Numbered from the stretch's first letter, positions 40,505 to 51,429 are shown. The stretch: 64,000 nt of DNA from an uncultured Duganella sp. (GCA_963513825.1 CAUPRW010000035.1:1403-65402); one strand, 5' to 3'. The notes: generated by a model from the sequence alone, not told the origin. Program-made: numbers and translations.

Positions 40505-40710
40505 CGCATCGTAAGCGAACCCGCATCCTTTCAGCGAACCCGCACCCCCATGCGGGGACGTACCCCTTGGGGTACGTCCCCTAAGCGGCAACGCAAGCGT
40601 ATCGCCAAAAGGATGCGGGGTTGACTTCGCAACGCGAGCACATCGCCAAAAGGATGCGGGGCTGCCGAGGCAACGCAAGCCCATCGCCAAAGATGCGCGC
40701 TTCGCCCCGC
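40505..40710. repeat. family-B mosaic: short direct repeats, 28-bp perfect palindrome (40554-40581), three 41-bp tandem units (40588-40710)
   Basis: AGCGAACCCGCA twice. Then GGGGACGTACCCC-TT-GGGGTACGTCCCC. Then GCAACGC(A/G)AGC..ATCGCCAAAAGGATGCGGGG........ with a 41-bp period; the third unit is degenerate. Confidence 0.9.
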
Positions 40711-40718
40711 ATCCCAAC

Positions 40719-41510
40719 CTACCGCTGCCAATTACGCCGCAACGCCTCGAGCTCGGCGCGCGTATCGAGCATGCCGCCAACAATGCGCTGATCGATCGCC
40801 TCCAGCACCGCCGTCGGCATCTCCGTACCCATGCGGAAAGCGTCCTTGCGTTGCGACGGCCGCACGCTCTGCACCATCACCGGTATCCGCCACTCCGCGC
40901 TGGCGCGGCACGCCAGCCCCACCAGATCCTGGCTCAACCCGACCACGGTGAAAGTGCGGCAATACCCGCCCTCGTTCGACAGAAAACTCAGCCCGACCCG
41001 CACATCGCCCTCGGACGGCGCGGCGCCGCCCATCTGCTGCGTGAGCACCTCGTCGAGCCGCCCCTGCGCGAGCAGCATGCCGTTGCGGCTGATGACCGTG
41101 GTCGGCAACTTCGCCGTGTCCGTCAGCCAGGCCGGCTGCCACTGCGCCAGGCCGAAGCGGCCCGCCACCAACCCCGCCACCAGCACCGCCGTCAACACGC
41201 TCCACTCGCGCCAGCCCAGGCGCCGCCGGACCGCCTTGCGTGCGGCCTGCTGCGTGGCCACGCGCTGGGCGCGCACGGCGGCCAACTGCACCACCTTGCC
41301 CTGGCGCGCGCGCAGCTGCGCCGAACCGGAAGACGACGAGGACGGCGACTGGTCGGCGAACACATCGTCGCGCGCCGCCCGCAATCGCTCGACGCGGCGG
41401 CCGATGCTGGCGTCGCGCCGCATCGCGTCCTCGACGGCGCGACGGGTCGCGTCGTCGAGGACGCCGGCGGCGTAGGCAATCAGTGTCTCGTCTGAAAAGC
41501 TCATGTTCAC
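40719..41510 (-). CDS. anti-sigma-factor-like membrane protein (orphan, no adjacent sigma factor)
   Basis: N-terminus DETLIAYAAGVLDDATRRAVEDAMRRDASIGRRVERL resembles anti-sigma N-terminal domains. One central TM (WSVLTAVLVAGLVAG) and a periplasmic C-terminal domain. Family assignment is tentative. Confidence 0.55.
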   Translation of the reverse strand: MNMSFSDETLIAYAAGVLDDATRRAVEDAMRRDASIGRRVERLRAARDDVFADQSPSSSSSGSAQLRARQGKVVQLAAVRAQRVATQQAARKAVRRRLGWREWSVLTAVLVAGLVAGRFGLAQWQPAWLTDTAKLPTTVISRNGMLLAQGRLDEVLTQQMGGAAPSEGDVRVGLSFLSNEGGYCRTFTVVGLSQDLVGLACRASAEWRIPVMVQSVRPSQRKDAFRMGTEMPTAVLEAIDQRIVGGMLDTRAELEALRRNWQR

Positions 41511-41707
41511 GTCCTTAGTCGCACCATGATAAACCTTTTTTTCGCCGGACGCGCTTCCGTCAGGACCGCGTAAGCCCTTTATATATAAGGGTTTTATCGG
41601 ACCGCGGCGTGGCGCGGCAGCTACCGTAAGGCCTACTTCGTACAGAAACCATTACATTTGACAATATTTATGCTAATCTGCGCGCTCTAATAACCAAGGA
41701 GGTAGTA

Positions 41708-41995
41708 ATGAAAAAAGGCGAATTGATTGCAGAATTTGCGAAACGCACGGAGATGTCTGCTGCTGCCGCCAACGGTGCGGTCAACACTCTGATCGCGATC
41801 GTCACCGAGCGTCTGAAAAAAGGCGATACGGTCGGCATCACCGGCTTCGGCACGTTCTCCGTCGCCAAGCGCGCTGCGCGCAAAGGCCGCAACCCTGCCA
41901 CCGGCGAAGCGATCAAGATCGCCGCGTCGAAGACCCCGAAATTCTCGGCTGGCGCGACCCTGAAGTCGGCTGTCAACCCGACCAAAAAGAAGTAA
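41708..41995 (+). CDS. HU-family DNA-binding protein
   Basis: 95 aa; GFGTFSVAKRAARKGRNPATGEAIKIAASKTPKFSAG is the HU/IHF arm signature. GGAGG SD. Confidence 0.93.
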   Translation: MKKGELIAEFAKRTEMSAAAANGAVNTLIAIVTERLKKGDTVGITGFGTFSVAKRAARKGRNPATGEAIKIAASKTPKFSAGATLKSAVNPTKKK

Positions 41996-42043
41996 GCGCG
42001 GCGGTTAGCGAACGTTCGATCGTGCCCGCGAGGGCACCGGAAG

Positions 42044-42094
42044 CGGCGGTGCATGGCCAGGTCCCCGACCTGCCGTGGCCGCCGTTCTGTTTTT
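42044..42094 (+). terminator. probable terminator after the HU gene
   Basis: Imperfect long stem CGGCGG...CAGGTC-CCC-GACCTG...CCGCCG followed by TTCTGTTTTT. Confidence 0.55.
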
Positions 42095-42179
42095 GAGGAT
42101 GTCCTCTAACGATTTTCACCATCGCCGCGGTTATGATGGCGCCTGTCCCACCCTGCCCACACCATACCGAGGAGATGTA

Positions 42180-42431
42180 ATGAGCTTACAAGAGCAATTT
42201 GAACAAGCCCAGGCCGATTCGAAGAACCTGCCGGAACGTCCCGACAACATGACGCTGCTGAAGATCTACGCGCTGTTCAAGCAAGCGTCGGTGGGCGACG
42301 CCAGCGGCGAGCGTCCGGGCTTCACCGACATGGTCGGCCGCGCCAAGTTCGACGCCTGGGACGCCCTCAAGGGCACCAGCGCCGACGAGGCCAAGCAGCA
42401 GTACATCGACCTGATCGAAGAGTTGAAGTAA
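42180..42431 (+). CDS. acyl-CoA-binding protein
   Basis: 83 aa from ATG 42180 (GGAGA SD). ACBP motifs LLKIYALFKQASVGD and KFDAW. Confidence 0.88.
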   Translation: MSLQEQFEQAQADSKNLPERPDNMTLLKIYALFKQASVGDASGERPGFTDMVGRAKFDAWDALKGTSADEAKQQYIDLIEELK

Positions 42432-42482
42432 AAGTCAAAGCCGCCGCGGGCGCCACCGGCGCCGCGCGCGGCCCGCCGGCGC

Positions 42483-42764
42483 TCACGCCGGCACGAACAC
42501 CGCCCGCATCTTCTCGGCCACCTTGGCCTCGATCTGCGACGAAAACGCGCTGAACAAAAATCCCAATGCGATTTGCAGCCGCGCCCGCGTCGGCTCCAGC
42601 GTCAACGTCCCGTCGACCCCGCTGCGCTCGAAGCGCAGCACGTCGCCGTCCCAGCGGCACGTTAGTTCGAACTGCTCGGCCAGCTTGTCGGCCACCTGTT
42701 GCGCCGCCGCCCGGGCCTGCGCCGGCGCCAGCTTGTGTTCCTGAACGATGTCAATATCCGCCAT
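42483..42764 (-). CDS. putative polyhydroxyalkanoic acid system protein (PHA_gran_rgn/TIGR02610-like)
   Basis: 93 aa. Pattern MADIDIVQEHKL...A...A..VA..L...F.L...W.GD.L.F.RSGV.G.L......L.I...LGFL resembles this small PHA-associated family. Confidence 0.72.
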   Translation of the reverse strand: MADIDIVQEHKLAPAQARAAAQQVADKLAEQFELTCRWDGDVLRFERSGVDGTLTLEPTRARLQIALGFLFSAFSSQIEAKVAEKMRAVFVPA

Positions 42765-42983
42765 CCGGCTTCCCCGATCAAATATGCAAAGGCGACATCA
42801 TGCCAGCTGACCCGGCCGCGCGCCAGTGCGCGCGCCGCCCCTGCGCATTTGCTTATATGTATTGTATATAAGCGCAATTTGTGAGAAATAGCGAATTACC
42901 TTAAAATACAGTGCTTTGCCGAGGTTAGCCGGGCCATCCCATCGCCGCCGACGCCGCTGCACCCCAACATTGATAGGACTGTT

Positions 42984-43307
42984 ATGACCCACGTTGTCAC
43001 CGAATCTTGCATCAGCTGCCGTTATACGGACTGCGTCGATGTTTGCCCGGTAGATTGTTTCCGCCAAGGCCCGAACTTCCTCGCCATCGATCCGGACGAA
43101 TGCATCGACTGCGCCGTGTGCGTGGCCGAGTGCCCGGTCAACGCCATTTTCGCCGAGGAAGACGTCCCCGGCGACCAGCAGCAGTTCATCAAGATCAACG
43201 TCGACCTCGCGCGCCACTGGCCTTCGATCACCAAGACGATCGCGCCGCTGCCGGAAGCCGACGAGTTCAAGGACGTCAAGGAAAAACTGCACCTGCTGGT
43301 CCGCTAA
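42984..43307 (+). CDS. fdxA: 7Fe ferredoxin (3Fe-4S + 4Fe-4S)
   Basis: MTHVVTESCISCRYTDCVDVCPVDCF...CIDCAVCVAECPVNAI, 107 aa, classic FdxA. Confidence 0.94.
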   Translation: MTHVVTESCISCRYTDCVDVCPVDCFRQGPNFLAIDPDECIDCAVCVAECPVNAIFAEEDVPGDQQQFIKINVDLARHWPSITKTIAPLPEADEFKDVKEKLHLLVR

Positions 43308-43418
43308 GACGCGTTTGTCTGGCAGGGCAGCACCGGGCAGCGACCTTTCGCCGGCGCCGCCGCGCGCCGCACAGCCTTGTGCTCGCCCAACCACCATTGA
43401 AATCACAGGAATTTACGT

Positions 43419-44483
43419 ATGAATAGCACTGTCACCCCTCCAGGCGTCATCGAAGCCGATGCCGTCATCATCGGCGCCGGCCCGGTCGGCCTGTTCCAGG
43501 TCTTCGAGCTCGGCCTGCTGGAAATCAAGGCCCACGTGATCGATTCGCTCGGCGCGGTGGGCGGACAGTGCGTCGAACTGTATCCGGACAAGCCGATCTA
43601 CGACATCCCGGCCGTGCCCTCGTGCACCGGCCAGGAACTGACCGACAACCTGCTCAAGCAGATCGAGCCGTTCGAGCCGACCTTCCACCTGGGCCAGGAA
43701 GTGACCAAGGTCGCGCGCCGCGACGACGGCCGTTTCGACGTTGAAACGAGCGCCGGCACGCAATTCACCACCAAGACCATCTTCATCGCCGCCGGCGTCG
43801 GCTCGTTCCAGGCGCGCACGCTCAAGGTCGACGGCATCGAAGTGTTCGAAGGCTCGCAGCTGCACTACAAGGTCAAGGACCCGGCCATCTTCGAAGGCAA
43901 GAACATCGTCATCTGCGGCGGCGGCGACTCCGCGCTGGACTGGGCGCTGAACTTCGTCGGCAAGGCCGAATCGGTCGTTTTGCTGCACCGCCGCGAAGAC
44001 TTCCGCGCCGCGCCGGCGTCGGTGGCCAAGATGAAAGCCTTGTGCGACGACTACGAGATGCAACTGATCATCGGCCAGGCCACCGGTTTCGAGGCCAAGG
44101 ACGACAAGCTGAGCGAGTTGAAGGTCACCGGCGCCGACGGCGTCACCCGCCGCGTGCCGCTCGACATGCTGCTGGTGTTCTTCGGCCTGTCGCCGAAACT
44201 CGGTCCGATCGCCGAATGGGGCCTGGACATCGAGCGCCGCCAGCTCAAGGTGCAAAACACCGAAAAGTTCGAGACCAACGTCCCGGGCATCTTCGCCGTG
44301 GGCGACATCAACACCTATCCGGGCAAGAAAAAGCTGATCCTGTCGGGCTTCCACGAGGCCGCGCTGGCCGCCTTCGGCGCCGCGCCGTACATCTTCCCGG
44401 ACAAAAAGATCCACATGCAGTACACCACCACCTCGCCGAAATTGCACAAGGTGCTGGGCGTCGAGACCCCGGTGTTCGACTAA
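43419..44483 (+). CDS. thioredoxin-reductase-like ferredoxin--NADP(+) reductase
   Basis: 354 aa; GAGPVGLF and [10 protein letters not shown] dinucleotide motifs; C-terminal ...[10 protein letters not shown] is typical of TrxR-type FNR. Adjacent to fdxA. Confidence 0.88.
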   Translation: MNSTVTPPGVIEADAVIIGAGPVGLFQVFELGLLEIKAHVIDSLGAVGGQCVELYPDKPIYDIPAVPSCTGQELTDNLLKQIEPFEPTFHLGQEVTKVARRDDGRFDVETSAGTQFTTKTIFIAAGVGSFQARTLKVDGIEVFEGSQLHYKVKDPAIFEGKNIVICGGGDSALDWALNFVGKAESVVLLHRREDFRAAPASVAKMKALCDDYEMQLIIGQATGFEAKDDKLSELKVTGADGVTRRVPLDMLLVFFGLSPKLGPIAEWGLDIERRQLKVQNTEKFETNVPGIFAVGDINTYPGKKKLILSGFHEAALAAFGAAPYIFPDKKIHMQYTTTSPKLHKVLGVETPVFD

Positions 44484-44521
44484 ACAACAGCAAAAGTAGC
44501 ACGTAGGTAAGTGTCCTACAC

Positions 44522-44548
44522 AAAAGCAGCGGAAACGCTGCTTTTTTT
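44522..44548 (+). terminator. Rho-independent terminator after the ferredoxin-NADP reductase gene
   Basis: AGCAGCG-GAAA-CGCTGCT followed by T7. Confidence 0.85.
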
Positions 44549-44701
44549 ATGGGTTCGGCGGTACTATTATCGGGTGGAGTGCTGGTGTTGCGCTTTCCTT
44601 CAAGAATCTGGAAATGCTTAACGCCACCAACATATACTCTATAATTGGCCTATGATGTGAGATATTGGTGCACCGCACCACGCTTTGAACCGGGAAGACC
44701 T

Positions 44702-45946
44702 ATGCTCTACCAACTGCACGAAATGCAACGCACGCTGCTGACGCCCCTGATGCAATGGGCCGACGCCACCTCCAAGATCCTGACCAATCCGGTCTCGCCG
44801 CTGGCGCACACGCCGTTTTCGCAGCGCATCGCCGCCGGCTACGAACTGATGTACCGGCTCGGCAAGGACTATGAAAAGCCGGCCTTCGAGATCGACAGCA
44901 CCGTCATCGGCGGCGAAACCATCGGCATCATCGAGCAAGTGGTCGTCAACAAGGCGTTTTGCCGCCTGATCCACTTCCGCAAGGACCTCGACGAGGCGCG
45001 CACCGCGGCGCTGGACCAGCCGACCGTGCTGCTGGTGGCGCCGCTGTCGGGCCACCACTCGACGCTGCTGCGCGACACCGTGCGCGGCCTGCTGGTCGAC
45101 CACGACGTCTACATCACCGACTGGACCGATGCCCGCATGGTGCCGCTGTCGGAGGGCGCCTTCCACCTCGACGACTACATCTACTACGTGCAGGACTTCA
45201 TCCGCCTGCTGGGGCCGGACCTGCACGTGATCTCCGTGTGCCAACCGACGGTGCCGGTGCTCGCCGCGATCGCGCTCATGGCCACCGACAAGGATCCCAA
45301 GCTGCCGAAGACGATGACGATGATGGGCGGCCCGATCGACCCGCGCCGCTCGCCGACGGCGGTCAACAACCTGGCCACGGAAAAGAAATACTCGTGGTTC
45401 GAGAACACCGTGATCTACCCGGTGCCGCCGAACTATCCCGGCTTCGGCCGCAAGGTCTATCCGGGCTTCCTGCAGCACGCCGGCTTCATCGCCATGAACC
45501 CGGGGCGCCACGCGCAAAGCCACCGCGAGTTCTACAGCCACCTGGTCGAAGGCGACGACGAACCGGCCGAAAGCCACCGCAAGTTCTACGACGAATACAA
45601 CGCCGTGCTCGACATGCCCGCCGAATACTACCTGGACACCATCAAAACCGTGTTCCAGGAATTCGCGCTGCCGATGGGCACGTGGAAGGTCGGTGGCAAG
45701 CTGGTGCGTCCACAGGACATCACCACGGTCGCCCTGTTCACCGTCGAAGGCGAGCTTGACGACATCTCCGGCGCCGGCCAAACGCAAGCGGCGCACGACC
45801 TGTGCACCGGCATCCCGGCCGACATGCAGCAAGACTACGTCGCCCCCGGCGCCGGCCACTACGGCATCTTCTCCGGCCGCCGCTGGCGCGAAATGGTCTG
45901 CCCCAAGATCACCGACTTCATCCAAAAACATCGGGGTCAAGTCTGA
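44702..45946 (+). CDS. phaZ: intracellular polyhydroxyalkanoate (PHB) depolymerase
   Basis: MLYQLHEMQRTLLTPL... is the typical PhaZ (TIGR01849-type) N-terminus; 414 aa. The last codons and the stop lie inside repeat 45929-45960. Confidence 0.88.
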   Translation: MLYQLHEMQRTLLTPLMQWADATSKILTNPVSPLAHTPFSQRIAAGYELMYRLGKDYEKPAFEIDSTVIGGETIGIIEQVVVNKAFCRLIHFRKDLDEARTAALDQPTVLLVAPLSGHHSTLLRDTVRGLLVDHDVYITDWTDARMVPLSEGAFHLDDYIYYVQDFIRLLGPDLHVISVCQPTVPVLAAIALMATDKDPKLPKTMTMMGGPIDPRRSPTAVNNLATEKKYSWFENTVIYPVPPNYPGFGRKVYPGFLQHAGFIAMNPGRHAQSHREFYSHLVEGDDEPAESHRKFYDEYNAVLDMPAEYYLDTIKTVFQEFALPMGTWKVGGKLVRPQDITTVALFTVEGELDDISGAGQTQAAHDLCTGIPADMQQDYVAPGAGHYGIFSGRRWREMVCPKITDFIQKHRGQV

Positions 45947-45960
45947 CATTTGGACACGAG
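45929..45960 (+). repeat. family-A element, half copy (left arm only)
   Basis: CATCGGGGTCAAGTCTGACATTTGGACACGAG. No matching right arm; followed by the unrelated hairpin CGCGGCCG-TAAC-CGGCCGCG (45961-45980). Confidence 0.85.
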
Positions 45961-46035
45961 CGCGGCCGTAACCGGCCGCGCCCCGCCGCCCGACCCAGGC
46001 CCGCCGCGGATATAATGACGCTTTGATCGCTTAGC

Positions 46036-46767
46036 GTGCCAGCCTTCTCAGTGTCCACCACCTCCTCCCTCGCCGACCGCATCGAAGACGTCCTGCCGCA
46101 AACGCAATGCACCAAGTGCGGCTACGACGGCTGCCGTCCGTACGCCGAAGCGATCGCCGCCGGCGCCGCCGACATCAACCAGTGCCCGCCCGGCGGCGCC
46201 GAGGGCATCGTGAGGCTGTCGGCCGTCACCGGCCGCAAGGTCATCCCGCTCAATCCCGTCAACGGCCTGGAACGCCCGCGCGCCGTCGCCTACATCGACG
46301 AGGCGCTGTGCATCGGCTGCACGCTATGCATCCAGGCCTGCCCGGTCGACGCCATCGTCGGCGCGGCCAAGCTGATGCACACGGTGGTGCCGGACCTGTG
46401 CACCGGTTGCGACCTGTGCGTCCATCCCTGCCCGGTCGACTGCATCGTCATGTACCCGGTCACCGAGTCCACCGGCTGGGCCGCGTGGAGCCAGGCCGAC
46501 GCCGACGCCGCCCGCGAGCGCCACGACTTGCGCACGCTGCGCCTCAAGCGCGACAAGGAGGAGAACGACGCCCGCCTGGCCGCCAAGGCCAGCGCCAAGA
46601 TGGCGGCCGTCGAAGCGCTCGACCCGGCCACCGACGCCGACGCCGCCGAGAAGGAACGCAAGCGCGCCATCATCGCCGCCGCGATGGAACGCGCGCGCCT
46701 GAAAAAAGAGGAAGCCGCGCGCGCGGCCGCCGAGACCAAGCCAGTCGATGGAACCCCGCCTGAATGA
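46036..46767 (+). CDS. RnfB/RsxB-like iron-sulfur ferredoxin
   Basis: CxxCGxxGCxxY N-terminal cluster ([15 protein letters not shown]) plus two 4Fe-4S motifs ([24 protein letters not shown]) and a Lys/Ala/Glu-rich tail. Overlaps nth by ATGA. Confidence 0.85.
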   Translation: MPAFSVSTTSSLADRIEDVLPQTQCTKCGYDGCRPYAEAIAAGAADINQCPPGGAEGIVRLSAVTGRKVIPLNPVNGLERPRAVAYIDEALCIGCTLCIQACPVDAIVGAAKLMHTVVPDLCTGCDLCVHPCPVDCIVMYPVTESTGWAAWSQADADAARERHDLRTLRLKRDKEENDARLAAKASAKMAAVEALDPATDADAAEKERKRAIIAAAMERARLKKEEAARAAAETKPVDGTPPE

Positions 46768-47411
46768 ATCCCGCCAAACGCCAAGAAATGTTCGAGCGCT
46801 TCCGCGCCGCCAATCCCAGCCCCAAGACAGAACTTGAATATACGACGCCGTTTGAACTGCTGATCGCCGTGCTGCTGTCGGCGCAGGCCACCGACGTCGG
46901 CGTCAACAAGGCCACGCGCAAGCTGTACCCGGTGGCCAATACCCCGGCGGCGATATTGGCGTTGGGCGAGGAAGAATTGAAGGCCTACATCCAGACCATC
47001 GGCCTGTACAAGACCAAGGCCAAGAACGTCATCGCCACCTGCAAGATCCTGCTCGAGCAGCACGGCGGCGAAGTGCCGCACGCCCGCGAATCGCTCGAAG
47101 CCTTGCCGGGGGTCGGCCGCAAGACCGCCAACGTGGTCATGAACACCGCCTTCGGCCAACCGACGATGGCGGTCGACACGCACATCTTCCGCGTCTCCAA
47201 CCGCACCGGCCTGGCGCCGGGCAAGAACGTCGACATCGTCGAGCAAAAGCTGCTGCGCTTCGTGCCGAAGGAGTTTTTGCAGGACGCCCACCACTGGCTC
47301 ATTCTGCACGGGCGCTACACCTGCAAGGCGCGCAAGCCCGAATGCTGGAACTGCATCCAGCAAGACCTGTGCGACTTCCGCCAGAAAACCCCCATGCCGG
47401 ACGGCCTGTAA
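46764..47411 (+). CDS. nth: endonuclease III
   Basis: 215 aa with an HhH-GPD motif ([12 protein letters not shown]) and a C-terminal 4Fe-4S cluster loop ([17 protein letters not shown]). Confidence 0.95.
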   Translation: MNPAKRQEMFERFRAANPSPKTELEYTTPFELLIAVLLSAQATDVGVNKATRKLYPVANTPAAILALGEEELKAYIQTIGLYKTKAKNVIATCKILLEQHGGEVPHARESLEALPGVGRKTANVVMNTAFGQPTMAVDTHIFRVSNRTGLAPGKNVDIVEQKLLRFVPKEFLQDAHHWLILHGRYTCKARKPECWNCIQQDLCDFRQKTPMPDGL

Positions 47412-47468
47412 AACAAACCGGCTTGACGACCATGCGACACAAGTCACATAATAGTGACATTGGTCGCC

Positions 47469-47536
47469 GTAGGGCGGATTAGCGCAGCGTAATCCGCCAA
47501 GCTCCGTCGGCGGCCAATGGCGGATCACGCCGCGCC
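47469..47536. repeat. family-C REP element (one intact unit plus a degenerate inverted partner)
   Basis: GTAGGGCGGATTAGCGCAGCGTAATCCGCCA (stem GGCGGATTA/TAATCCGCC), then TGGCGGATCACGCCGCGCC. Confidence 0.88.
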
Positions 47537-47571
47537 AACAAGCGCCACGTATCCAAGTCCACCGACCTGAA

Positions 47572-48747
47572 ATGGAGTGCCCTTTGCCGATATCGTCCAC
47601 ACTACGCGCCGCGTTTGCGGCCGCCATGCTAACCCTGTCCATCATCCCCGCCCAAGCCACCGACACCACTGTGCGCAGCATCGTCGACCAAGCGATCCGT
47701 CCCATCATCACGGAATACGACCTGCCCGGCGTAGCGGTCGCCGTCACGATAAACGGCAAGGCCAGCTACTTCAACTACGGCCTGGCCTCGCGCGAGCGGC
47801 ACGTACCGGTCACGGAAAACACCTTGTTCGAACTAGGCTCGATCAGCAAAACCTACACCGCCACCTTGGCCTTGTACGCGCTGGAAACCGGCAAGCTCGC
47901 GCTCGACGACCACCCCGGCAAATACCTGCCCGCGCTAAAGGGCAGCGCCATCGACCAGGCCACCCTGCTCAATCTCGGCACCTACACGGCCGGCGGCCTG
48001 CCGCTGCAGTTCCCCGACGAGGTGGCGGACGACGGCATGCTCGCCTATTTCAAACAATGGCAAGCCGACGCCGCGCCGGGCACGCAGCGCCGCTATTCAA
48101 ATCCCAGCCTTGGCTTGTTCGGTCATGTGGCCGCGCTGTCGATGGGCAGCAGCTTCGCCGACGCGATGGAGAGCCGCATCCTGCCCGGCCTGGGCTTGAA
48201 GCATACCCACGTGCGCGTGCCGGCCGGCGCGATGGGCGGCTACGCCTGGGGCTATGGTGAAGCGAACCAGCCAGGGCGCATGAATCCCGGCCCGCTCGCG
48301 GCCGAAACCTACGGCATACGCGCCTCGGCCGCCGACGTGGTCCGCTATCTGCAGGCGAACATCGACCCGGGCCGCCTGGCGGCGCCACTGCGGCGCGCCG
48401 TCGAGGGCACGCATGTCGGCTACTTCAGGATCGATGGCATGGTGCAGGGACTGGGCTGGGAACAGTATCCCTACCCGGTGTCGCTGGCGGATCTGCAAGC
48501 GGGGAACTCGCGCACCATGATTTGGCAAGCCAATCCGGCGCGGCAGCTGGTGCCGCCGCAAACGCCGCCGGCGGCGACGCTATTTAACAAGACCGGCTCG
48601 ACGTCGAACTTTGGCGCTTACGCGGCCTTCGTGCCGTCGAAGAAAATCGGCATCGTTATTCTGGCGAATAAAAATTATCCGATCCCTGCGCGCGTCAAGG
48701 CGGCGCATGAGATTCTCGGCAAGCTCGGTAATCTTGGGGCGCATTAG
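47572..48747 (+). CDS. ampC: class C beta-lactamase
   Basis: SISK (SxSK), YSN (YxN) and KTGST (KTG) motifs at canonical spacing. LANKNYP near the C-terminus. Signal peptide present; the exact start is uncertain. Confidence 0.9.
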   Translation: MECPLPISSTLRAAFAAAMLTLSIIPAQATDTTVRSIVDQAIRPIITEYDLPGVAVAVTINGKASYFNYGLASRERHVPVTENTLFELGSISKTYTATLALYALETGKLALDDHPGKYLPALKGSAIDQATLLNLGTYTAGGLPLQFPDEVADDGMLAYFKQWQADAAPGTQRRYSNPSLGLFGHVAALSMGSSFADAMESRILPGLGLKHTHVRVPAGAMGGYAWGYGEANQPGRMNPGPLAAETYGIRASAADVVRYLQANIDPGRLAAPLRRAVEGTHVGYFRIDGMVQGLGWEQYPYPVSLADLQAGNSRTMIWQANPARQLVPPQTPPAATLFNKTGSTSNFGAYAAFVPSKKIGIVILANKNYPIPARVKAAHEILGKLGNLGAH

Positions 48748-48792
48748 CGCGACGCGTCTTCGTCAATGCGTGCGCCGTCGGCGGCTCGTAGA

Positions 48793-48828
48793 TGGCGGAT
48801 TACGGCGTTCCGCCTAATCCGCCCTACG
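48793..48828. repeat. family-C REP element, single unit
   Basis: TGGCGGATTACGGCGTTCCGCCTAATCCGCCCTACG. Confidence 0.88.
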
Positions 48829-48860
48829 TGGGTTTACACGCCTCATGCGCTAGCGTGGCG

Positions 48861-49979
48861 TCACACCAGCACCAGGTTATCCCGGTGCACCAGCTCGCGC
48901 CCTTCGACGAAGCCCAGGATAGCCTCGATCTCGCTCGACGGCTTGCGCATGATGCGCCGCGTCTCGGCGCTGGTGTAGTTGGACAGCCCGCGCGCAACCG
49001 GCAAACCGCTCTCGTTGACGCAGGTGATCACCGCGCCGCGTCCGAACTCGCCGCGCACGGCCACCACCCCGATCGGCAGCAGCGACTTGCCCTCGCTGGT
49101 GAGCTTTTGCACGGCGCCCGCGTCCAGCACCACCTGCCCGGCCGTGTGCAAATGATCGGCCATCCACTGCTTGCGCGCCGTCAGATGCCCGGTCTGCGCG
49201 GCCAGCTCGGTGCCGATCGATTCGCCGCCGGCGAGCCGCTCGAGCACATTGTCCTCGCGCCCGTAGGCGATCACCGTGTGCGCGCCCGACTTGGCCGCGC
49301 GCTTGGCCGCCAGGATCTTGGTCAGCATGCCGCCGCGACCGAGGCTGCTGCCGGCGCCGCCGGCCATCGCCTCGAGCGCCAGGTCGCCCGCGCGGCCTTG
49401 CTGGATCAGCACCGCCGCCGGGTCCTTGCGCGGATCGGCGCTGTACAGGCCCTTTTGGTCGGTGAGGATGATCAGCGCGTCGGCCTCGATCAGGTTGGCC
49501 ACCAGCGCGCCGAGGGTATCGTTGTCGCCGAACTTGATCTCGTCGGTGACGACCGTGTCGTTCTCGTTGATGATCGGGACCACGCCCAGGCGCAGCAAGG
49601 TGGTCAGGGTCGAGCGCGCGTTCAGATAGCGCTCGCGGTCGGCCAGGTCGGCGTGCGTGAGCAGCACTTGCGCGGTGCGCAGCTGGTGCGCGCGAAAGCT
49701 CGTTTCGTAGATCTGCGCGAGCCCCATCTGGCCGACGGCGGCGCAGGCCTGCAACTCGTGGATATCGGTCGGGCGCTGTTCGAAGCCGAGGCGCAGCATG
49801 CCCTCGGCGATGGCGCCGGAGCTCACCAGCACCACCTGCTTGCCCATGGCCCGCAGCGCGGCGATCTGCGCGGCCCAGCGCGCGATGGCGGCGTGATCGA
49901 GGCCGCGGCCGTCGTTGGTGACCAGGGACGATCCCACCTTGATGATGACGCGTGTAGCTTTTTGTATGACGGAATTCAT
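48861..49979 (-). CDS. proB: glutamate 5-kinase
   Basis: In-frame ATG 49979 ([27 protein letters not shown]...). Amino-acid-kinase domain plus a C-terminal PUA domain. Downstream of obg, as usual. Confidence 0.94.
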   Translation of the reverse strand: MNSVIQKATRVIIKVGSSLVTNDGRGLDHAAIARWAAQIAALRAMGKQVVLVSSGAIAEGMLRLGFEQRPTDIHELQACAAVGQMGLAQIYETSFRAHQLRTAQVLLTHADLADRERYLNARSTLTTLLRLGVVPIINENDTVVTDEIKFGDNDTLGALVANLIEADALIILTDQKGLYSADPRKDPAAVLIQQGRAGDLALEAMAGGAGSSLGRGGMLTKILAAKRAAKSGAHTVIAYGREDNVLERLAGGESIGTELAAQTGHLTARKQWMADHLHTAGQVVLDAGAVQKLTSEGKSLLPIGVVAVRGEFGRGAVITCVNESGLPVARGLSNYTSAETRRIMRKPSSEIEAILGFVEGRELVHRDNLVLV

Positions 49980-50207
49980 GGGTGCGGCAGTCTCATAACA
50001 ATCTTGTACGTGCGGGGACGCGAGTCCGGATTCCCGGCGGGCCGGGAGTGGCATTGCTGTGTGCTGTGGAGGGCCGGGCGGATGACCCGTTCTTGCCGCT
50101 GCGGTCGCCCGTCCCGGGATGCGGGACGGCGCCGTTGTGGAAAGCATAACCAGCGAATAGCTGATTATGCCGGTGATGCGGATTTTTATCGAGGGCTAGT
50201 CGAGCTT

Positions 50208-51383
<1,176 letters not shown>

Positions 51384-51429
51384 TTACAAAGGGGACGGCC
51401 GGGCGCGGGCGCCTGGCCGTGAGCGTGAT

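Noticed and set aside
41658-41691. Sigma-70 promoter for the HU gene based on TTGACA at 41658-41663
   Set aside because: No acceptable -10 hexamer lies at a 16-18 nt spacing (candidates are at 10 or 22 nt), so no promoter call was made.
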